Part shown: in pieces, positions 62,683 through 64,000 of the stretch | Layout: each line of letters begins with the position of its first letter | How positions within the stretch are numbered: the stretch's first letter is position 1 | From: Oopsacas minuta | Lineage: Eukaryota > Animalia > Porifera | DNA: 64,000 nucleotides | Assembly: GCA_024704765.1 (NCBI GenBank) | Contig: JAKMXF010000295.1 | Coordinates: 186,001 to 250,000 of the forward strand | Direction of reading: 5' to 3' | Made by a program: the position numbers and the translations under genes | Notes under the pieces: model-generated | Seen by the model: only the letters and a program-made list of their open reading frames with translations | The model's database searches: none | Told to the model about the DNA's origin: nothing

Positions 62683-64000
62683 GGTTGACACTTGCGCTGT
62701 AATACCCCGATAATATTAGCCAGTGCAGAGCAAAAGTATCAAGTTTTGGACACCTAATATAATACGGGTGGTATTTCTTGCCTGAACCAAATGTGCGGGG
62801 TCAAATGTCTATTATAGGTAAACTTGAGCAAGTGTAATCAGTTTATAACTGCAACACATTCTCATTATAACGAAGTGATCTGGACTGGTACGGAATCCGG
62901 TTGCATTTCGTGATCTGCAGCATTAGGATATATGCGGAGTAAGATTAATACTTTCAAGCTGGAGGGGGTTTGTGAATCACTTTGTTATAGCGTGAGTTTA
63001 GCCATATAATTGATGTTAGCTTATAACGGAAGTTTACAGTACAGGGCCTTATGAGGTGGTGTAACAGGTTCAGTGGTCGCTCCGAACCAATAATTAGCAA
63101 TTTATATTAATGGTGAGATGTGATGAATGCTGCAACAGTAAGTTTGTGATCCCTGCGTCCCTACAATACCAGTATTATTAGACAGTCAACTTCGCTTAAT
63201 TAGGACAAATTCAGGTAATCGAGCGAAAATTAGTAACTCACTCAAGACGATTTTCTCTTGATTTAGGAATTGTAATAAGCTACGTACTAGGTACATCGCC
63301 TAATTTGGCATAATATGGCCAAATCAAATTCTATTAACAAGTTATCATTATCAACATTGATTAACAGAAGACAATATAACGATCCGAATGAGAAATTTAT
63401 TTGATTATGGGATTATTTGCATAAATTTTGTTTACAACCAACAATCACCTAAAATATAGTAAATATGCTCGAGATTAAACATGGGAAGTGTGGTAAAAAA
63501 TATGTGGTTTCAGATGCAATTTTCTATTGTATAGATTTGTTGATGTGTTCATAGTTATACCAGTATCAATTACATACAAAATTTAGTATTATTGGAATGC
63601 TGTTTGTCTGGTTACTGAATTGAACAACAAATAGTTTAGAAAAGTGGCAGCCAAACCACATGTAATTATTACCTATAATTAAAGAATACATTCCAAACGA
63701 TCCTACAATGCATTTCGATAAATCTTGAGTCAAGTATAAAAGGAATATCAGGGAAATATAACTAACAAATCCTAATTATTCGAGTTGTGATATTTCTATT
63801 ATAGAATCCTTAATGGCAGTTGCTCCATCGTTTCAACCTCTGCTGGTTCCTACAATATTTGCAGTTATTGAAGAAATGACTTAAACATCTTTTTCGTAAT
63901 GTCACTATTGATGAAGATACTTGTATAGCATGGCTCAAAAGTAACGGACTTTTAGCTACCGGGATGATGTGCAAATGCGGTAGAATTATGCGACCCGGAA

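Overview
AT-rich animal (metazoan) genomic DNA. Par-6 is animal-specific. A sponge-like, early-branching lineage is my guess from sequence style only and is unverified. There are two convergent host genes: par-6 (+ strand, 3 coding exons at 10162-10254, 31258-31489 and 38132-38841, about 344 aa, with a 21-kb first intron) and fibrillarin (- strand, exons 54740-54962 and 49712-50343, about 284 aa). Most remaining sequence is nested transposon debris: Mutator-like, mariner DD34D (one intact copy), Tc1 DD34E, three Tc1-like DD37E, several hAT, Merlin, Gypsy LTR and LINE remnants, plus MITEs. The main find is a complete, decayed RAG1-like/Transib transposon at 55080-62026. It has a perfect V(D)J RSS heptamer (CACAGTG) at both ends, asymmetric subterminal motifs offset by 9-10 bp, and an exact 5-bp target duplication (ACAGG). 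Its transposase has the RAG1 D-D-E motifs and an N-terminal segment resembling the RAG1 nonamer-binding domain. It is split by a mariner and a Merlin insertion, no RAG2-like gene is visible, and it ends 117 bp upstream of the fibrillarin ATG. A probable non-autonomous Transib-type element (13048-13971) has the same ACAGG duplication and the same 9-bp asymmetry. One assembly gap (39856-39884) is flanked by a 591-bp duplicated sequence. All alignments and translations were done by eye; no database searches were run.
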